This document shows, in pieces, positions 13,003-27,802 of a stretch of DNA of 64,000 nt (its first letter is position 1; each line of letters opens with the position of its first letter). The stretch lies in contig OX597830.1 of the NCBI GenBank assembly GCA_951406725.2, forward strand, positions 61,628,001 through 61,692,000, read 5' to 3'. Source of the stretch: Octopus vulgaris (lineage: Eukaryota). The translations under genes and the position numbers were made by a program. The notes under the pieces were generated by a model. It was not told the origin of the DNA, did no database searches, and worked only from the letters and a program-made list of their open reading frames with translations.

Positions 13003-13439
13003 TAGTATCTTTGAATCTAAAATTTACTCAACATAGAGGGAATGCTGAAGCCACGATGGGGTTATAAAACGATGTGAAACTGAACATGATCCAACAGCGA
13101 TAACAAAGCCACTCACTTAATAACGTAACACCGAGCTGAATCATATTCATGTAATTATTTATATATGATATGGAAAACTCAGCAACTCACAGTTGTTACC
13201 AATGGACAGAAACAATTGTGATTTGTGGTTAAAGTCTATTCATTCCATCTTCTTGTTTTATAATTTTTTATATAAACTCTACATACACTAATGTATTTCC
13301 AGTAAAAGGAGTAATCCTGTTGTCGGACGGTAAATGGTAACCAATAACCATATAGGAGCTTTGAAATACACGTTATGTGGTTATTTCCCAAATGATATTA
13401 TATATATATATATATTTGTATATGTAGATATATAAAGAT

Positions 13440-13602
13440 AGGTCCAGGAGTGGCTGTGTGGTAAGCAGCTTGCTTACCAACCACATGGTTCCGGGTTCAG
13501 TCCCACTGCGTGGCATCTTGGGCAAGTGTCTTCTGTTATAGCCCCGGGCCGACCAATGCCTTGTGAGTGGATTTGGTAGACGGAAACTGAAAGAAGCCTG
13601 TC

Positions 13603-13659
<57 letters not shown>

Positions 13660-13868
13660 GAAAATAGTAATGCAATACGAGAGTATTGCTTTCCAGTAAA
13701 GGATAGCCCGTAAGGGTAAAATTATACATAAAACTAAATAAATGGCACAACGAAGTACCGATATTTACTGGAAAATAGCGAACGTAATAAATACGACGCT
13801 AATGTATAGCTTTACTGCGTATGTACTAGTAAAGATGCGTGTACTTCGTTGTGCCATTTATTTACTTT

Positions 13869-13939
<71 letters not shown>

Positions 13940-14145
13940 TTGTGTGCCTGTGTTTGTTCCCCTAGCATTGTTTGACAACCGATGCTGGTGCGTTTACGTC
14001 CACGTCACTTAGAGGTTCGGCAAAAGAGACCGATAGAATAAGTACTGGGCTTACAAAAAATAAGTCCCGGGGTCGATTTGCTCGACTAAAGGCGGTGCTC
14101 CAGCATGGCCGCAGTCACATGACTGAAACAAGTAAAAGAGAGAGA
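13440..14145 (+). mobile_element. SINE family B split at its (TA)n by a ~210-bp insert (13658-13870) containing an inverted repeat
   Basis: 5' half 13440-13657, 3' half 13871-14145; AAATAAATGGCACAACGAAGTAC at 13736-13758 is inverted at 13841-13863. Confidence 0.85.
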
Positions 14146-14149
14146 GAGA

Positions 14150-14610
14150 GTATATATATGGCTCGTTAGCAAATCAAATCTAAAGGCAAATTTATAAACA
14201 AGGGTACAAAATAGTACCAACATTGCTAGAAACAATAGTCAAAAAGCCACGGAAAGCACTAATTCAATAAGTTGGCGAATGAGTGGAACCGAGGAAGCAC
14301 CTTACCGTAGTTAGAAAAGCACACAAGTGAAGTAACAGATGGTTAATTTAATTTAATTGTAGTTCTCATCAGTGGATCTTACTGCGCTCAGGATTAAAGG
14401 GTAACTCGCCTCGTCGAACTCATGAGAAAAACGGTTGAAAGCAAGCGCGAATTCAGAACGGTAGAAGTGTATCGTATAAATAATATAGGTGGCTCGTTAT
14501 AAATTGAAACCTGAAGGCAAATTTATTTACAAAGGTTGAAAATAGTGTTGCTAGAAACAAGGGTAAAAAATGACTCAAAGAGCCACAAAAATCACTTAAT
14601 AAGTTGAGTC
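14150..14610 (-). repeat. Diverged ~125-bp direct repeat with a hammerhead remnant between the copies
   Basis: 14160-14275 resembles 14490-14608; minus strand CCA-CTGATGA-GAAC at ~14361-14374, with the GAAA half decayed. Confidence 0.55.
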
Positions 14611-15691
14611 AAGCTATATTTTACCCATGAGTATTCCTGTATTTTGTACCTGCATCTGCGAACTATATTACCATAAGATGCTATATGTCGTTCTGTAAGT
14701 TGTAAAGTACTTTCAATCCTCTCCCAAATAAATTTTCCAAAACAATTCAAAGTCCTCGCTTTATCCGCTTTTTGTTTTATTCTAGACAAGTAATTCAGTA
14801 AGTGGAAATCGGAAAGCATTTACCAATAAATTTGACATCTCAAGCACCAGCAGAAGACGAGAAGAATGAAGTTTTAGTCAGCGTTTTAATAAGTAAATAG
14901 TTCTCACTAGTTAGCACACACCAATGTCGTCAAAATTCTACTAACTTGGTTAGTATAGTTTCAGGCACAAACAAAACAGATACATTTCTAGAGTAGACAG
15001 TAAATGCAGCTTCGTTTATACAATATACAAATATCAATTGGGCAAAATGTAGTTCTAACTCTCATTTGTTCTTCACATTCGAACCATTTCCATCTGATCT
15101 GATAGCCTTGGTTATCTTCCATCTACAATACAAGCTAGGGCTGATCGATTTTGATTACGTAATTGGAGTAATTGTTGGCTTGCAGATACCAAAACCAACA
15201 ACCTAAATTAAAGACAACGCCGACGCCTTAAGCATAAATCAGTTTTTTTTTAAATATCATTTTAAAATTGATTTCCAAGGCAAATGTTAAAGCAAAAAAA
15301 GCAGAAACAGAGTGTGTTTCTGAGATGTTCATACGTTTTTCGAAGTTGTTAAACAAATAAAGGAAGTTAATTATCTACATGGAGAATCGAAACTCAACAG
15401 AGAAACATAATTTTATGAATGCTATGAAAATTGGTAATTTGTAAATTTGCATGTGCATAATCGCAAATTTATACTTACAAAGTACGCATACAACATGCTA
15501 TGTCTGTATGTAATACCATACTTAGACATACATGGAGATATTTATATATACAAACATACGTAAATATTTGAGTAAATGCGCGTCTGTGTGCATATATGTG
15601 TGTTGTATATATAAACTCAGAGAGATGAAAGCAGACAGAAGCACAGATAGACAAGCAAAGACATAGACAGACAGACGAATAGATAGATAGG

Positions 15692-15744
<53 letters not shown>

Positions 15745-16286
15745 TGATAGATAGATTGATAGATAGATTGGTAGGCAGGTAGGTAGGTAGGTAGGTAGAC
15801 AAACAAACAAATTAACAGCGAGGCAGAAAGACAGACAGACAGTCAGACAGGCATGCACACACACACACATACACACACAAACAAACAAAGATAAATAATG
15901 TGGTACAAACAAGCATAAAACGTAGACAGCTTGTCTGATATAAATACATGCACATATAAACAAAGATAAAGTCAATTAGATGCGAACAACACTACGCTAA
16001 AGACCTACGCAACATCCGACATATACCGCTACCTACGCTCAAGCACACGTAGAATACAAAGAAAAAAGCAATACACACGGAACACATCTGAGAGATTATG
16101 CGTCCTTGTGTTACAACTGAAACACGCATAATCCCGCTAACACATGAATTGCATATCTACATACATCTGCGAGTGCACACCCGCACGCTCACACACACAC
16201 ATTCACACATAAACATAGACACATATTTCCATATATAAAACTGTAGTCATAAACACACATACACTCATGTATACATGTATAGAATT

Positions 16287-16315
<29 letters not shown>

Positions 16316-16317
<2 letters not shown>

Positions 16318-17469
16318 AGCATTGTGAAGTCTGAATGTGTCTGTCTATCTGTGTGTGTGAATCCCTAAAACTCGAGAACTACACAACCGATTTCATTCAA
16401 ATTTTACAGATGCCTTACTTAGGGTCCCTGCAGTGTCGTGGGCCAAACAAGTTTTCAACTTCTTGCCTAATGCGAGCCCAGATTAATCTCTTATCTCTTA
16501 CACTATTTCAGTATTACGTCTCTATTGTAATGTGAGATAATACTTTCAGTTTGAAAGTCTCTCCTGTATATATAGATATTCCTCATGCATTCCAAAACCG
16601 AGTAAACGATTTTGACGTAAGGGGTATCAAAAGATTCAGTACTATTTCGGCTACAAACTAAACTTAATTTCCATTCACATACTTCCGTTTCAAAAATTTA
16701 ACAACCTTTTCCATAAATCAATTATCGTAAACAGTTTATACAATGACGACGATGACGTCACATTTTCTATGCGTGTGTACCTTAAAAGACATCAATCATC
16801 ACGCCACACACCTTCACTTACTCTCTCCATCTGTCTTTCTCTCTGTCTCTCTCTCTCTTTCTCTCTCACGCACACAAGCGCACGCACGCACACACTCACA
16901 CGTCCATTTCATATACACGTACATACATCTTTCACTTACGACCAGGTTTCATTAGAAAGAGAAAATAGTTTCACACTTTCAATTTCAACCAAAATTACAA
17001 ACTTGCACTACGAGAGTGACGGTGTTTCAATAATAAAAGTAGTGTTTCGCCGAATTAGTCACATCTGTACTATAATAAAGAAAGCTGCTTATCATCTATA
17101 ATGTGATAAAGCTATACTATTGTTTCGCTTTCATTCTTTCACTTTTAATTCTGTGATAACATTAAGATCATTTCTATTATATTTGAAATAAAAGAATAAT
17201 TTACATCCTAATGTGAACAACATTACGCATCGGCAACTTTCCGTCTTTACGGCCACCACAGCGGAATGGAGTGTCAGTATTTGTTTGTTGATTGACATAT
17301 CAAACGGCTGGAGGTGAAACTCTCGACAAAAAACAATGAGCTGGCAGGTCCAAGGTATATAAAAATACACATTTACCGTTCCATTACCAGTTAATAATTG
17401 TCGCAGCAGTTGCAAGGTTGCAAGATATTTACAGTTACATATTTATCCTTAAATTAATACATGTGCTTA

Positions 17470-17505
<36 letters not shown>

Positions 17506-18977
17506 TCAAAATAAGCAACAAGAATGACTCCGGTAATTTGGTACGATCGTTTCGTACTACATCATTTTATTAAATGTTGTAAGTATTACAACAGTTTTAA
17601 AATGCTGAGCACTCATCAGCCAATTATAGATGTTTTCCATTGATACAAAAATTTTCATATCAAGTGGCAACATTATAGATATAATGTTGCCACTATAGAT
17701 ATAATATAGATTTAATGTTGCCATTAGATATATAGATATATATAGATTATAATGTTGCCATTATATATATATATAAAGACATTTATCTATAATAATAATT
17801 GTGGTATTTACCGTTAAATTAGCAATTCATACATGTGCTTCTATTTGGTTAATTTATACTGTATGCAAAAATGAAAAAAAAACATACTACATACTTACAA
17901 CTGCTAACAAAAATAGGGATTAATGTATAATTTTTTCTATGTACATTTTTTTGTTTATAATATTGAAAAAATATGCCACCAAAGAAAAGACGTAATGTCT
18001 CCAGAAATAAATATAAAGCAAGGAGGGTTGGAGGAAACCGAAGGCAAGAGTCTGAAGAGAGAAGCGAGATGAGATTTTCTCAAGATCAGCAAAGGCATGC
18101 TACAGCACGTCAGACGGAGTCTCTAGAGAGAAGGCAGATGAGACTTTCTCAAAATCAGCAAATGCATGCTGCAGTACTTAATGCTGGATCATTAAATCAA
18201 TGTGTTAATGATTAGACAGAAGTCCAATAGAATAGCTCTCAGAAGCAGACTACTTACAAATTCGTTCTTCACAACTCCTGAAGCTGTTTTCAGATACGAT
18301 CCATCCCACTCTTATAAAAATGATAACTCTGTTCAAATTGGTGTGCTAAATACAAATTGTCGTTTCCGTAGAGGTTTAAAATTTGCAATTGAAACAAATG
18401 ACATGTGCTGGTCAGGTAACATTGCCAGCACTACCAGCTCCTTCCCAACCTCTTATGGATCTTCTAGAAAGCACTTCCATCCAATCAAAGGATTTTCTGA
18501 ACAATATCACACAATACTACTCTGCATTTCAAATGACATCGTTTACTGCATCTAAGAAGAATTTAACCAAGAATTTATGCTGACGTTAAAGTTCAAGGGC
18601 AAGTCTGTCACTTCACAAACGAACAACGACTGTTCCTACACATTTACTTTATGAGTGATGTAGAACAACAAACCCGAAGGAGGTGTCAAAATTTCAGATG
18701 ACGGGTCGTGTTAGACACAGCGCCGACCGCTGCAAATGAGAGTATATCCACTGACACCTTTTCGGTGCGTTCAAAAATCACATAACCCCCCCACCCTCAA
18801 TTTTCCATGACAGGTTAGGGCCTGAAATACTCCATACGGATGCATAGCATGTTCCTTGGTCCAATTAGCCCATCATTTACTCCATAAATGTTTTGTCAAT
18901 GCTGCACCTTCACATATCACCTGTTTCGACATAACTGTAATATATTATATACAAAGGAACGCCGGGTATCTCTGCTA

Positions 18978-18978
<1 letters not shown>
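16316..18978 (+). mobile_element. Internally deleted Helitron
   Basis: A|TC start and AACGCCGGGTATCTCTG-CTAG|T end; frameshifted Rep N-terminus at 17973-18700 (ESEERSEMR repeats, FRYDP, zinc-finger remnant, SAFQMTSF); 5' boundary uncertain. Confidence 0.65.
17538..17623 (-). ncRNA. Type I hammerhead motif with extended helix II
   Basis: Minus strand TTGG-CTGATGA-GTGCT...AGTAC-GAAA-CGATCG-TA-CCAA; all three helices pair. Confidence 0.9.
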
Positions 18979-19049
<71 letters not shown>

Positions 19050-19204
19050 TATATATATATATATATACAAATATATACATAAAACGAAACACCACCAGGT
19101 GTCTTCCTAATATGCTAGAAGTAGACGCAAAATCGTCTTACGACGAAGAATATGTTCTCAGATTAGCATACATTAGATGAATGTTTCTCAACTAGTGTCC
19201 AACT

Positions 19205-19430
19205 AGCCCCTGTTGGGATCCATATAAGATTTAGTTGTTAAAAATCATGTGCAATAAATCGGTTATACTTGCACAATATACAAAATATTTTAACAATTTT
19301 CATAGACAATTTATACTAAAATTTAATAATAAAATAACGTTTTGTTTTTTTTTTCAAATGGTTATGGGGTCCAATAAAGTAAAATATGAATCAAAGGTGT
19401 CCAGAAGCAAAAAATGGTTGAGAACCCCTG
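19205..19430. mobile_element. hAT-type MITE fragment (one clear end)
   Basis: Ends GGTTGAGAACCCCTG, matching the TIR type at 36129-36470. Confidence 0.6.
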
Positions 19431-19543
19431 CGCTAGATGTTTGCAAGACAAATGAAAGGAAACAAAAGAAAGCAGTTAATTTCATACCTTCCTTAAGATT
19501 TCGCTATTAATATTAATTTCTACCGTCATTATATAATTTTATG

Positions 19544-19585
<42 letters not shown>

Positions 19586-19607
19586 TGTGTGTGTATGTGT
19601 GTGTGTA

Positions 19608-19642
<35 letters not shown>

Positions 19643-20276
19643 TGAAAATCAACTTCCCAAAATCAGTAGGTCTGTGCAAACGTTTCGAGAGCATAAAATG
19701 TTCCTGTGTGTGACTTTTTGAGTGTATTAAAATGTTGCACGGCACCGAACCTACTTTTGTGCGCAATCAGCTTTAAAACCAGAGCTACAACAGAAAAGGT
19801 CGAGAGAACCAGAAATGTTTAGAGTTTTTTCAAATTTCGTACGATGTCCTTTCTCTTCCTTTCTCTCCCTCCCCCCTCTCTCTCTCCCACACACACTCTT
19901 TCCCCCCTTTCCTTTCTGCTCTGTCTGTCTCTGCCCTCTACCACTTTTTCCCTCTTACTACTGACACGTGACCCGTGGTCATCTTCATCTTTTATTCTCT
20001 TTTCCTTTTTCACGCCGACCACCGAAGCGACTGATCGTATTTTCTCTTGTTTCCCACTTTCAACACGTTTCGCTTTCTCTCTTTTGTCATTCTGTTTCTA
20101 ATCCTTTAGAATATTCCCTCTGACGTTAACCATCCGTCCACTAATGGTCTTGTCTTGAGTTACATTTATTTCATATTTCTACGTCCAATTTCTGTATTGC
20201 ATATTTGTTATTTGTTGTTTGTTTGTTTTCTTGCTTGTTTGTTCACCTTCTAACATGTTCACTTTCTATTTTTTGT

Positions 20277-22690
20277 TCATTGGTTCACCATATCCTGGTG
20301 GCTTCTTGCTGTCAGCGCCACCTCAGGAGCATAGACAAATAAGTCTTGCAAACTACCAACCCTGGAGCAACCAACATAAAGTTGACCATGAGAAAAGCAA
20401 GGCTCAATTAAGTGCAAGCCAGTAGATTTCAAAGTCTGACCTCGAGCTTTATTAATAGACATTGCGAAGCAAAGTTGCACTGGGAATTGTATTCGTTTGA
20501 ACTTAAACGGCATGTCTGTTGGTTGATTGACATTCTTGGAATGAAAACCTCTTCCCCAGAGGCACAATCAACCATGTCCCACAGCATAATTTAGGAGGAT
20601 CTAAATTTCTTAGAAGTATTATTAGGACTCCTACCTTCAGAAAAAGTTTATGCGGAGGAGTTCCAGGTGGCTCAAGAGAATTAAGGAACTCTGTTGGGTA
20701 ATGGACAGCTTGATTTTCATCAAGGATAGAATCAACTGATTTGTACTCCTTAATGACTGCTGGAATCTTATTCATAATTTCATGGTTAATTCATCTCATT
20801 TTTTGGAGCAAGAATTGTTCTTTGATGCAACCATTTATGTGAATTATATTTATTACCTAAATCTGGAAATATCCTGTTCTTCAATTCAGCTGGGAAATTC
20901 ACTATGAAAGCAATATGAGCCAAATTAATATCATCATTTCCATCAAATGGTACTTTCTCATTTCCTAATTGGAGAAGCCATGTCGAAAAGTGTTTTGCAC
21001 ATTGGTCCCCATGTAATAAAGCTCGCACGTTAGTATTGAAGGAGAATTTCTATACTTTATTCCATAGACTTAATTCGTGCTTTTATTTCATCAGATTTTG
21101 ATCGTCTCGGAATGACAGGTAATATTTGTCTGAAGTCTCCTGATAAAACTAATGTAACTACTCCCACAGATTTATTGTTGTCCTTGTAAGATCTTATCAA
21201 GAGCTTCCATTCTGTGTGACATGGTCCTTTCATCCCAAATGATCAGCTGGCATTGGCGCAACACTGCTGAACCTGAAACTTTGCTTATGTTACAAACTGG
21301 GCTGTCATTTGTGACCAGGTTTAGCGGAGCTGGCAGAACCGTTAGCGCGCCGGGCGAAATGCGTAGCCGTATTTCGTCTGCCGTTATGTTCTGAGTTCAA
21401 ATTCCGCCGAGGTCGACTTTGCCTTTCATCCTTTCGGGGGTCGATAAATTAAGTACCAGTTACGCACTGGGGTCGATGTAATCGACTTAATCCGTTTGTC
21501 TGTACTTGTTTGTCCTCTCTGTGTTTAGCCCCTTGTGGGTAATAAAGAAATAAATTTAAAAGCAGAATGAGCAGTTCATCTTATTGGGAGAATGGTGGCA
21601 GCAAAACCAGATGATGCTACAATTGCAATTCTCTTTTGTTGCCTCACCTTGGAGAGTAGCAATGTTGTTACAAATGTTTTACTTGTGCCACCAGGAGTAT
21701 CAAGAAAGAAATTTCCTCCGCTTTTCTCTGACTGACGATATAATTTTATATGCACAGCGTTGTTCTGAAAGAAGTTTAAGTCCATGTTCATAATTTGTCT
21801 CTCTTGCTATGTCTCTTGATGTCAAATCACAAATTTGACGATTTGCTTTTGGCAGTCCAGAGCCAGACTCTTGCAAAGTTTTACGTCCAATGGCCAAAAC
21901 TTGATCCTCAATTTCAATCAGTGCTTGGTTAAAAATTGTTTCAGAGAACTGAATATTGATATCTGAGTTTGCCTGTTGGACTTCATACTCAAAGTCCTCA
22001 GCCATGTCCTCACGATGTTTCATCCAAAGCTGTAGGGGACTGCCATGTTCCCACATGTTCAGTATAATTGGAAAAATGTAACGAAGTTTCCTTGGAGAAT
22101 CTGATACTGATGCTTCGGTCAATGCAAGGTCCCAATGCTCATCTTTTTCTAAAAATAAAACCTTGTTGATAGTTTGCTTCACACACATGACCATTTACCC
22201 TCCTTGAATCTTGGAATGATTTGGAACCATGTATTTCATGCAAAAAGAGCCGTAAGTAGTAGCATTCTGCTTGGCTTGGGTGGACACTGTAAACTCTTGC
22301 AAGAGCGCTAGCCCCACGTTTTCTCTTGTGCCTTTTATTGTTTCTCCAGGTGTAACACTTGGGTAATTGTCGGTAAAGGAGTTTTCTTGCATCTTCTTTT
22401 GGAGAAAGTGCTTGTTGCAAGGCTGTTTGTTTTGTAAAGACAACCCCGTGGCCATGAATGATGGTTGGGTGCCTTTCATGAATGGGAAAAAATTGAAGAT
22501 GCACCAAAAAGCCTCATTGGTACTGATGTGTCTTCATCTATCATACTGTGCAACTTCGTCATTTTTATTTATCTGCTGACTGCCATTCTGCATAAGAGTG
22601 TATTTTGCAGCATCTAAACCTTTGTTTATATATTTGCAAACATATTTAGCAGAGTTGCAGAATTCAGCATTGACTCTGGTTACCTGTAAT
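20277..22690 (-). mobile_element. Helitron Rep/PIF1-helicase pseudogene
   Basis: FKRIQFPVQLCFAMSINKARGQTL, FSHGQLYVGCSRV, YPTEFLNSLEPPGTPPHKL, DTPGGTSKTF, ECYYLRLFL, KYVCKYINKG; many frameshifts. Confidence 0.95.
21324..21552 (+). mobile_element. SINE family A inserted in the Helitron helicase
   Basis: Matches 1918-2148. Confidence 0.9.
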
Positions 22691-23403
22691 CGTCTACAAA
22701 TACATAGAGCTGGACACGGCACGCAAACAGTAAATAAATCAATTAATTTCTTCGGAAATTAATGAAGTATGCGGTTTCAAGCAAAAGAATGACCATTCCT
22801 TTTGGGACGCCCCTTGTTGAATTGCAAAATTCTTATGTGTTATTTGTGTAATAACGAAATTAAACCTGGTGTGTGAGTCTATGTGTGTTTATGTGTGCGT
22901 GTATTTATATGAGAGAGACAGTGTGTGTGTGTGAGAGAGACAGAGAGACAGAGAGAGGGGGAAGGAGAAACCATTGCAAACAATGAATGAAATAGACATA
23001 AAATGAAAAAAATCATGAATCATATATATAAAGCAATGTTATTTATTTTTAATTAGAAACTAAACAGAAGACCCTATTATGTATCCGAGATCAAATTATG
23101 CATCCCAAGTATGGAAGCAATTCACGCAGTCATTTGAAATGCACACGTGTGTACCTGAGTGTACATATATATGCACACACACGCACACACACACACACAG
23201 ACACACACACACACAGATGTTTTTACAGATTCGTATTCGTATGTTATGCTGAAAATACGACTATGTTACAGTTGAGTATTTATTATTTGGGTATTAGTAT
23301 AATGAAGTTCTTAAAGTCATTTTTCAGTATATTATATCTGAAACTAAACCTAGATATTCCACATATATATGCATGTATATATGTAGGATGATGTATATGT
23401 GTG

Positions 23404-23449
<46 letters not shown>

Positions 23450-23661
23450 AGAAAAAAACAACAAGAATGGATTAGTTGTTCAGTACAATTGTTTCATTCT
23501 TGTTGCTTTTTTCTTGTTTATAATCACCCCACATTATTTTATGGTTAATACCATAAAGATTTCTGGTGCATCTAAGTTAAGTACCGCATTCATGTGAATT
23601 CATTGGAACTCACTTGAATCTTAATTGCTTTTACTGAATATATATATAATAATAATAATAA

Positions 23662-23960
23662 TAAATATTAGGGAATAAATCCAAACTTACAGGGGAAAAT
23701 CAGATTTAGGATTGAATCCAATTTTATTGTAAAATATTATATTATATTAAATTAGAGATAAAACCACTATTAGGAAAATCATACAATGAAAAAGTTAAAC
23801 CAATACATAAGATTATTTAATTTATATTATTTAAATATATAACAAAATTATTAAAAAAATATAATTAATATAACACTACGATCGTTTCATGGCTGTTAAT
23901 TTCTTAAAATTTTCGAGTTACAGTCATTCATCAGGTGGTTTAAATATTTAACTTGGCGAG
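23662..23960 (-). mobile_element. AT-rich hammerhead element, same family as 56344-56930
   Basis: Shares ATTAAATTAGAGATAAAACCACTATTAGG with 56346; follows a (TA)n(TAA)n tract. Confidence 0.7.
23874..23937 (-). ncRNA. Type I hammerhead motif
   Basis: Minus strand CAC-CTGATGA-ATGACTGT...ACAGCCAT-GAAA-CGATCG-TA-GTG. Confidence 0.85.
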
Positions 23961-24504
23961 GTTTAATCAATACGTATATAGTAATAATTTTATACCTTAT
24001 ATTATATTGTTTAAAGCCCGTCCACAGTATTCGGCTACCTGATGTCAACAACAATATGATGGTATATGTCACTGGATTTACTCCAGGAATCCCTTTGTGT
24101 CCGTGGCGTTTATATAAAGAAATGTGACTAGTAGAAAAATAAATTCACAACCTCTACGATCGTTCCCAGCCATTATGCACAGGTATCTTTTTGAAAAGTC
24201 ACCTGAGGAGTCGCATCAACACTTATGATGCTTGACAATGGTTTGTACAACATCTCACCTGTAAGGTACCGGTGCATGATGGGTCGAAATGATCGAAGAA
24301 GTTCTAATTAAAGAATCGCAGGAATTTCATTTTCCATCTCGCATTTTTATAACCACACACATACATATATATATATATATTTATATATATATATATATAT
24401 ATATATAACGGGAAAGTTTACGAAAATAAACAAAAGACGAAGGCAGGTGGAGTACAAACAAACAAATGTATTAGTATAGCGCTCAGGAATAGAAATTGAA
24501 AAAG

Positions 24505-24542
24505 TCTTTTATGTTTCGAGCCTACGCTCTTCGACAGAAAGA
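24505..24542 (-). ncRNA. Minimal hammerhead variant with one core substitution
   Basis: Minus strand TCTTT-CTGTCGA-aGAG cgtagg CTC-GAAA-CA-TA-AAAGA. Confidence 0.55.
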
Positions 24543-24774
24543 TACACAGAAAAAAAAAACAAGGAGAGAAACAAGGAGAGAGAAAAAAATGCGTGTAGGA
24601 GCTAACGATCTCTCATATCTATATCGAGTGAAAGACGGTATGGACGTTTTGTTTTGTTGTCTCGCTCTGCTGTATACGACTATGAGGATTAGCATCCCCA
24701 AAGAAACCCGTATTTTTCCCAAACTTCTCAAACCTGCTATAATGTAATACATGTCTTTGGTGTGGTAATTGTGC

Positions 24775-24861
24775 GCGGCTGAAGAAGGCTATTGACATAC
24801 ATGTTACATCAATTACGCATTGATATAAACTGTCCAATAAAGCCAGAAACATATGTACCGC
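24775..24861 (+). ncRNA. Type I hammerhead motif with extended helix II
   Basis: GCGG-CTGAAGA-aGGCTATTGACA...TGTcCAATaaAGCCa-GAAA-CATATG-TA-CCGC. Confidence 0.9.
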
Positions 24862-25124
24862 TAAATCCTTTGCATCCTGTTTTTCTTTTGATAAATATAC
24901 CCTATCACCTACACCACTAACCGGCATATACAGGTGCTTACAGTTATCAAGTATTCACCCTGAATATTTTGTACCGATCTCTCATATATAAATATATATA
25001 TATAATTTTGCAAAATTCCGGTTTCTTCGGGGTGCCCCATCGGCACAAACACACATACAAACATAATATTTATATCAGATATATATTTCATACTATATAT
25101 ATATATGTATGCATACATCTTTTA

Positions 25125-25995
<871 letters not shown>

Positions 25996-26018
25996 ACGTA
26001 TATACGTATCTGCATGCG

Positions 26019-26067
<49 letters not shown>

Positions 26068-26104
26068 GCACACACATTTGTGTGTGAATGTAGTAGGAAG
26101 AGAA

Positions 26105-26124
26105 GGAGGGGAGGAGGAGAAGAA

Positions 26125-26194
<70 letters not shown>

Positions 26195-26213
26195 GTAGTG
26201 GTAGTGGTGGTGG

Positions 26214-26284
<71 letters not shown>

Positions 26285-26291
26285 CTGATGA

Positions 26292-26325
<34 letters not shown>

Positions 26326-26477
26326 GGTGGTGGTGGTGGTGATGATGATGATGAAGAAGAAGAAGAAGAAGAAGAAGAAGAAGAAAAAGAAGAAGAAGAA
26401 GAAGAAAAAGAAGAAGCAGAAGAAGAAGAAGAAGAAGAAGAAGAAGAAGAAGAAGAAGAAGAAGAAGAAGAAGAGGA
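26105..26477. repeat. Compound trinucleotide array (GAT)n(GGT)n(GAT)n(GGT)n(GAA)n
   Basis: Direct reading. Confidence 0.95.
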
Positions 26478-27034
26478 GCTATAACATTGGTCCATCCGTA
26501 AGAAGGCAAGCTGACTGTGGATGATGGATAAATTTCGAAGCATTATTGCAAACACACATACACACAAATACACACACACACACACACACATACATACGCG
26601 AACACACACACATACGAACACACATACGAACATACACACACAGACACACAGACACGCATACCCACAACTAAGTGGAAGCTGTTTGATTGTAGTTATCACT
26701 TGGGACACTATTCTGCTATCATGCACACCACTGCAAATATATCGATATATTTTAGCAAGTGTAAAGATGCTTCTAATGGATATCTGTCTGAAGTGTCTGG
26801 TTGTCACGGCAACTGCATTCCTATATATACCTCCCTCGCGCCCCCTACACCATTCTCTGCATTGTGGGGGATATCAGCCTCCGAACTAATACTATTTGGA
26901 TAATCATTGGAATGCTATTGATTTGTGGTTTCAGAGTTATCTTTTTTTGTAGACACTCACTCGCACCCTCGCACACAGGAGGCGTGAGCGGTCACGCACA
27001 CACACTCATGCCTACGTATACGTGTGTTCTGGTC

Positions 27035-27073
27035 GATAGACAGACAGGCAAACAGACAGACACACAGACAGAC

Positions 27074-27153
<80 letters not shown>

Positions 27154-27162
27154 GGATGGATG

Positions 27163-27232
<70 letters not shown>

Positions 27233-27250
27233 CAGACAGATAGATAGATA
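27035..27250. repeat. (GATA)n/(GACA)n microsatellite
   Basis: Direct reading; similar tracts at 15660-15800 and 33900-34157. Confidence 0.95.
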
Positions 27251-27293
27251 TGCATACACACATATGTATATATACATATACACGTATGCATAC

Positions 27294-27324
<31 letters not shown>

Positions 27325-27802
27325 CGTATGTATATATATATACACACACATACATTATACACACAGAGACACGCACACATATAAACTGTGTTCATGTGTG
27401 CGTGCGTATGTGCAAATTATAGTTTTATGTATGTATGTATGTTTATCTATATGTGTGTTTATATTTATTAGAATTCGTCCCAGAATGAAGCGGGTGAAAG
27501 AAACAAGGTTCCTTCTTTGAAATTCGAATATTAGCAACGACCGTCTCATGTTGAACGGGAGAAAAGTTTTGTACATTTTTACCGTTGCGCTTCTCAAATT
27601 GTATTTGTAAGGTGAGTGTTAACTGTTCTCTCTCTTTTCTTTTTTTTTTTTTTTTTGCCTAAAACTTTAACATTTACTAGAAGCACCAATAATTATCAGT
27701 TGAAATGTATATAATCCGAGTAGATGAGCTGCAGGTCCCGAATCAGTTGTCTATGTATGTTAATTTTCCTGTTAATTTTCGAAGAGATGCTCAATAGCAG
27801 TT

